From positions 56,621 to 76,620 of the forward strand of contig KZ538540.1 of NCBI GenBank assembly GCA_000934665.2: 20,000 nt of DNA, in the 5' to 3' direction. This stretch comes from Catajapyx aquilonaris (Eukaryota). The notes beneath the pieces are model-generated. The model ran no database searches. It was not told where the DNA came from and saw only the letters and a program-made list of their open reading frames with translations. The number at the start of each line of letters is the position of its first letter. The first letter of the stretch is position 1. Both the position numbers and the translations under genes were made by a program. This document shows, piece after piece, positions 17,901-20,000 of the stretch.

Positions 17901-19536
17901 GGCAGGTTTCCATTCGGGTGGGGAGTGTATGTTTGTCTCTGTAACTGGGATGCCTGTCCTGTGACGCATTATTCATGCATACTGGTCTGTTCAGCAGTGC
18001 CAGGGCGATACACATATCGTACTTCTTGTCATTGCAGGAGTGACAAAAAATTGGAGAAAAAAATACGTAGGTATGATACACACTCCTCGCATCTGTTGAG
18101 ACTTTGAAGATTTTAAATCTCCCCATGGTATGGCAAGAGGGTCCCATAAACATAAATGACCTCAGGATCAAGGCTAGACACTACACCATGTTACTCACTA
18201 GATTAGTCACGTGTGGTACCTCAAATGACAATGCAAGCGATTTTTTTGCAGATTCCTGCAAAAACGCGAAAGAACCGCCCGTCTAATTAGGATTAAAGAA
18301 ATGCCGGATAAGTAGTGGGACACTCTGTACATCCTTGGTGGAAGCTTGGGGAGCTATGTCCTCCGTTAAAATCTGTTAATGAGGGCAAAATAGTGCTGAA
18401 GGATTTCTATAAAAGAATGCAACACTCTTGACTTAGATGTGTGTGTGTTACTCCAGAAATGTTCTGTCCTGAACAAGTTCCTCTTACATGCCACATAAGT
18501 GCTGTGCTCTGAAAATAATGTGCCAGAACCAAACACATTGTACTGACAAGATTCTGCTGCAGCCAGGACTGTCATGGGCAGGTTTCACTGCATTGTTTCA
18601 CTGCATTGATTTACTACTAAGGTCCTGTTGCACAGCCTCCTGCCAACATTATCTGGCTGGTAAAGAAGTATGCCATTCAGTTTGACAACATTGCATTGGT
18701 GACAACAGTGGCAGTGCAGTGGTGTAAATAAATAGTTTGTGCTCTGAGGATGTGAGTTTGACCATAGCACTGCACATTGCACAAGGTTGTGACCAGACAA
18801 GCGTTCCTCTGGGTGATTTTATCCTGGGTTGTGGGAGACTGAACAAAAGAGAGTAATGCACACTTTCTACAATGCACAATTGTTTTCCTGATTCATGTGT
18901 GCATTACTGTCCCCTCTTCAGGGATTCCCACTTTGCATTCCATTGCAAGCCCAGAAAAAGATCTGGCACTGGATTGCATGTGCCCTGCTTCCTCCCTGAC
19001 CATTGGGTATTGCCTGGAGGGAAGTTTGTTTGTCCATAGATTGTGTGATCTGCAGTAGTATTCTGCTATCTTGAGTAAAAATGTTCATGTTATGGAGGAT
19101 ACAACCTATTCCCATGCGTAACATTTTTTGTCACTATTTTTTCTTGACAGTGAGCAGCCCAACCAGCAGCATAAGTTCCCTCCAGTCCTTGTCTGCGGCA
19201 GGGGGCTCTTCATTGAATGCCCTGCGACCCCAAGGCCCAATGCTGACGCCCAGTCTGGCCAACTATTTCAGGGAAGACCTCACAGCACATGTCAGGGACT
19301 GGCCTTCAGAACAATTAGAGAAGCAGGTCAGTGTTTCCAAACTCAGACCTCAATTTTGAAAGGAAATTTCATGTACTTCCACTGCTCACCATGTATTTTT
19401 CACTACAGGTCCAGAGACTGAGTGAGGAGGCCCATGCACTGGGCAGTCTGCACTGCACCAAAGTGTCTGCAGAACTCAAGATGGCCAGGTCGCTTGTGCG
19501 GTTAGCAGAGATTCAAGCCACCCTGCAGGAACAAAG
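4756..19536 (+). CDS. WAC: WAC, WW domain-containing adaptor with coiled-coil (Drosophila wacky), 3'-partial; join(4756..4796,5725..5758,5840..6074,8823..8908,8978..9236,11701..11862,14823..15329,15799..16089,19151..19326,19409..>19536)
   Basis: N-terminus [27 protein letters not shown] domain [28 protein letters not shown]-terminal [17 protein letters not shown]...LEKQ and [22 protein letters not shown] coiled coil. 1919 nt across ten GT-AG exons with consistent phases. Confidence 0.96.
4903..4947 (+). CDS. WAC: Candidate 45-nt alternative cassette exon of WAC ([15 protein letters not shown])
   Basis: CTAAC branch site 4877-4881, pure pyrimidine tract, tgcag| acceptor, donor GG|gttgga; frame-preserving phase 2-2 with no stop. 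Confidence 0.55.
5725..5758 (+). CDS. WAC: WAC coding exon 2 (34 nt)
   Basis: tttcag|G TAT TTC GAG AAG CAT CAG GCC CAT CCA TAC CAG|gttagt = [11 protein letters not shown]. Confidence 0.9.
5840..6074 (+). CDS. WAC: WAC coding exon 3
   Basis: ttttcag|[14 protein letters not shown]...SRDKHS; donor G|gtcaga. Confidence 0.88.
6100..6343. mobile_element. Foldback/palindromic MITE
   Basis: Outer arms 6100-6151 / 6292-6343 (52 bp, 2 mismatches); inner arms 6185-6228 / 6242-6285 (44 bp, 2 mismatches); TA at 6101-6102 and 6341-6342. Confidence 0.8.
6931..7218 (-). mobile_element. tRNA-derived SINE, full length
   Basis: Minus strand: A-box-like TGGTGTGGTGG (7195-7205), B-box GGTTCGACTCC (7151-7161), body GGTTTTCTGTGGTTTTCC...AGGCCACAGCCGCTTCCTTCC as in arthropod SINEs, and (TAAA)n tail. 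TSD tatctgatgaat 6919-6930 / tatgtgatgaat 7219-7230. Confidence 0.88.
8161..8428. mobile_element. Eroded hAT-type MITE fragment
   Basis: Right end GCGGGCC...GCTGCCCACCCCTG (reverse complement CAGGGGTGGGCAGC) and GGCCGG subterminal motifs resemble hAT MITE ends; no matching left TIR or TSD found. Confidence 0.4.
8823..8908 (+). CDS. WAC: WAC coding exon 4
   Basis: ttccag|(D)[28 protein letters not shown]|gtcagt; phases fit both neighbours. Confidence 0.85.
8978..9236 (+). CDS. WAC: WAC coding exon 5 (WW domain)
   Basis: ccccag|EKREERE...[32 protein letters not shown]...ARGS; donor T|gtaagt. Confidence 0.95.
9410..10300 (-). pseudogene. Possible degenerate DNA transposon (piggyBac-like) C-terminal relic
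   Basis: CpG-richer block. Minus-strand fragments [18 protein letters not shown] and a frameshifted Cys-rich GCKLC..HFC lie in piggyBac-like order. Boundaries are uncertain. Confidence 0.3.
11701..11862 (+). CDS. WAC: WAC coding exon 6
   Basis: Branch-like ctaac repeats and ttttttgtag|; (S)[12 protein letters not shown]...EKRKHSD; donor G|gtaggc; phase 1-1. Confidence 0.85.
11901..11948 (+). repeat. (GA)24 microsatellite
   Basis: Perfect dinucleotide run 38 nt into WAC intron 6. Confidence 0.97.
11948..12368. mobile_element. TcMar-Tigger non-autonomous element resembling MER2/MER2B, left end missing
   Basis: Collinear strings match the MER2 consensus as I recall it: TGTACTGAACATGTA 12037-12051, TTATTCCCTAAACAATACAGTATAA 12069-12093, GTAATCTAGAGATGATTTAAAGT 12135-12157. 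Degenerate Tigger-type right end followed by TA (12369-12370). Confidence 0.78.
12175..12245 (-). mobile_element. 71-bp 5'-truncated retroposon 3' end (RTE-like) nested in the Tigger element
   Basis: Perfect 11-bp TSD GAGTGTTCAAT 12164-12174 / 12246-12256. Minus strand GCTACCCCATGCTTGGGACAAGGC stem-loop followed by a (TGAA)n tail. Confidence 0.8.
12922..14093. mobile_element. Old element with long (~340 bp) diverged inverted arms
   Basis: Arms ~12922-13266 and ~13546-14093. Example: GGAGATGGCTCCATGCACCTGG 12973-12994 is the perfect reverse complement of 14019-14040; also CTTTATTTTCATCACA / TGTGATGAAAATAAAG. Confidence 0.75.
13608..13794. mobile_element. hAT (Charlie-like) MITE, 187 bp
   Basis: 8-bp TSD CTCTAAAT 13600-13607 / 13795-13802; imperfect TIRs CAGGGTTTATCAACC ... 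GGTTGAGAAACGCCT; interrupts the right arm of the host inverted repeat. Confidence 0.82.
14823..15329 (+). CDS. WAC: WAC coding exon 7 (Ser/Thr/Pro-rich)
   Basis: ttccag|(D)[17 protein letters not shown]...[18 protein letters not shown]; donor G|gtgagc; phase 1-1. Confidence 0.9.
15799..16089 (+). CDS. WAC: WAC coding exon 8 (His/Gln and Gly tracts)
   Basis: ttacag|(G)[27 protein letters not shown]...[18 protein letters not shown]; donor G|gttgga; phase 1-1. Confidence 0.9.
16305..17212 (-). mobile_element. Internally deleted mariner element (~0.9 kb)
   Basis: 30-bp TIRs CGAGGTGTGATCGAAAAGTTCCCGGACTGT / ACAGTCCGGGAACTTTTTGATCACACCTCG (1 mismatch), TA flanks, mariner transposase remnants inside. 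Confidence 0.95.
16367..17017 (-). pseudogene. Mariner transposase pseudogene
   Basis: [20 protein letters not shown]...EWFNSFKGG is joined near 16860 to [16 protein letters not shown]...WLLHHDNA..H...[20 protein letters not shown]...[15 protein letters not shown]. Frameshifts and a stop are present; the WVPHEL linker and first catalytic Asp are missing. Confidence 0.92.
17217..17476 (-). mobile_element. tRNA-derived SINE with V-domain-like body
   Basis: Minus strand: A-box TGGCCGAGCGG (17454-17464), B-box AGTTCGATCCC (17410-17420), body GTTCTCTCCGTGTTCGCGTCAGTTTTCTCGGGGTTCTCCCGTTTCCTCCCAC resembling the V-SINE conserved domain. TSD TAATAATAACTTATA 16290-16304 / 17477-17491. Confidence 0.87.
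17497..17576. mobile_element. 80-bp palindromic mini-MITE
   Basis: CAGGGAGCGTGATAAT 17497-17512 pairs with ATTAGCACACTCCCTG 17561-17576; inner TAATATGGGGAGTA / TACTCCCCATGTTA; TA on the right flank only. Confidence 0.6.
19151..19326 (+). CDS. WAC: WAC coding exon 9
   Basis: ttgacag|(V)[13 protein letters not shown]...[28 protein letters not shown]|gtcagt. Confidence 0.93.
19409..19536 (+). CDS. WAC: WAC coding exon 10 (coiled coil)
   Basis: ctacag|[42 protein letters not shown](R)|gtcagt; terminal exon not seen in the window. Confidence 0.94.
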
Positions 19537-20000
19537 GTCAGTGCTCACTGGATGCAAAAAATTTAGTCTGTAGGATTGGTTTTCAGCTTGGATGCCACAG
19601 TGTCACAATCATGACCACATGCCACTGCATGCCATCTCCTGTGCATAAATGAGCACTTTGTTATTGGGAGTCGAATGAGTCAAAGAAATGCGAGATCATT
19701 ACTTAACCCAGATATGCCTGAAAGATTTTTTGTTTAAATTTTGGTTTTTGTTTGATTTTATTAGTTCATGATAGTCCCCAAAACACAACAAAAATGATAA
19801 AAAAATTTATGGAATGCTAGATTGTACGAAAAGTGCCGTCCCCTATAGGGGACACTCGGCAAATGTAACATCTAGTATGGCTATACTGTATATACAAGGA
19901 AAGCGTAAAAACGTAAGATAGAGGCTGCTGTATTGAAATAAAGATGGAAGTGTTTTTTAAATTCATTGAAAAATATAGAGAAGAAATATTATAGCTAAGA

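Noticed and set aside
18580..18800. Short direct and inverted repeats (GTTTCACTGCATTG x2; TGGTGACAAC / GTTGTGACCA)
   Set aside because: Too short and degenerate to define an element.
1..19536. RNF31-WAC adjacency as a functional ubiquitin gene cluster
   Set aside because: Both are ubiquitin-related (WAC partners RNF20/40), but neighbourhood alone in a eukaryotic genome is not evidence. Each appears to have its own 3' end or promoter; conserved synteny would be needed.
1..20000. CRISPR array, prokaryotic operon or defence system
   Set aside because: No regularly spaced repeat-spacer array. The window is spliced eukaryotic gene sequence.

Overview
Intron-containing animal genomic DNA, probably arthropod. 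That assignment is an inference from the protein sequences and repeat content; a decapod crustacean is plausible but unproven. Two + strand genes lie head-to-tail. (1) The last six coding exons (<1..2036) of the linear-ubiquitin RBR E3 ligase HOIP/RNF31 (Drosophila LUBEL): RING1 end, IBR, RING2 with intact catalytic Cys-x-His, and an LDD carrying a 20-Glu insertion. (2) After a CpG/pyrimidine-rich promoter and 5' region, ten coding exons (4756..>19536) of WAC (WW-domain adaptor with coiled-coil); the last exon lies beyond the window. All exons were rebuilt by hand with GT-AG junctions and consistent phases. WAC introns hold many mobile elements: a 244-bp foldback MITE, two tRNA-derived SINEs (one V-SINE-like), an internally deleted mariner, a hAT MITE nested in a long inverted-repeat element, and a Tigger element resembling mammalian MER2/MER2B with an RTE-like 3' fragment nested in it. 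I found no convincing new multi-gene system. The best leads are the MER2-like element (possible horizontal transfer), a hidden 45-nt in-frame WAC cassette exon, a long dsRNA hairpin beside a WAC splice donor, and two different SINEs sharing a 3' stem-loop end.
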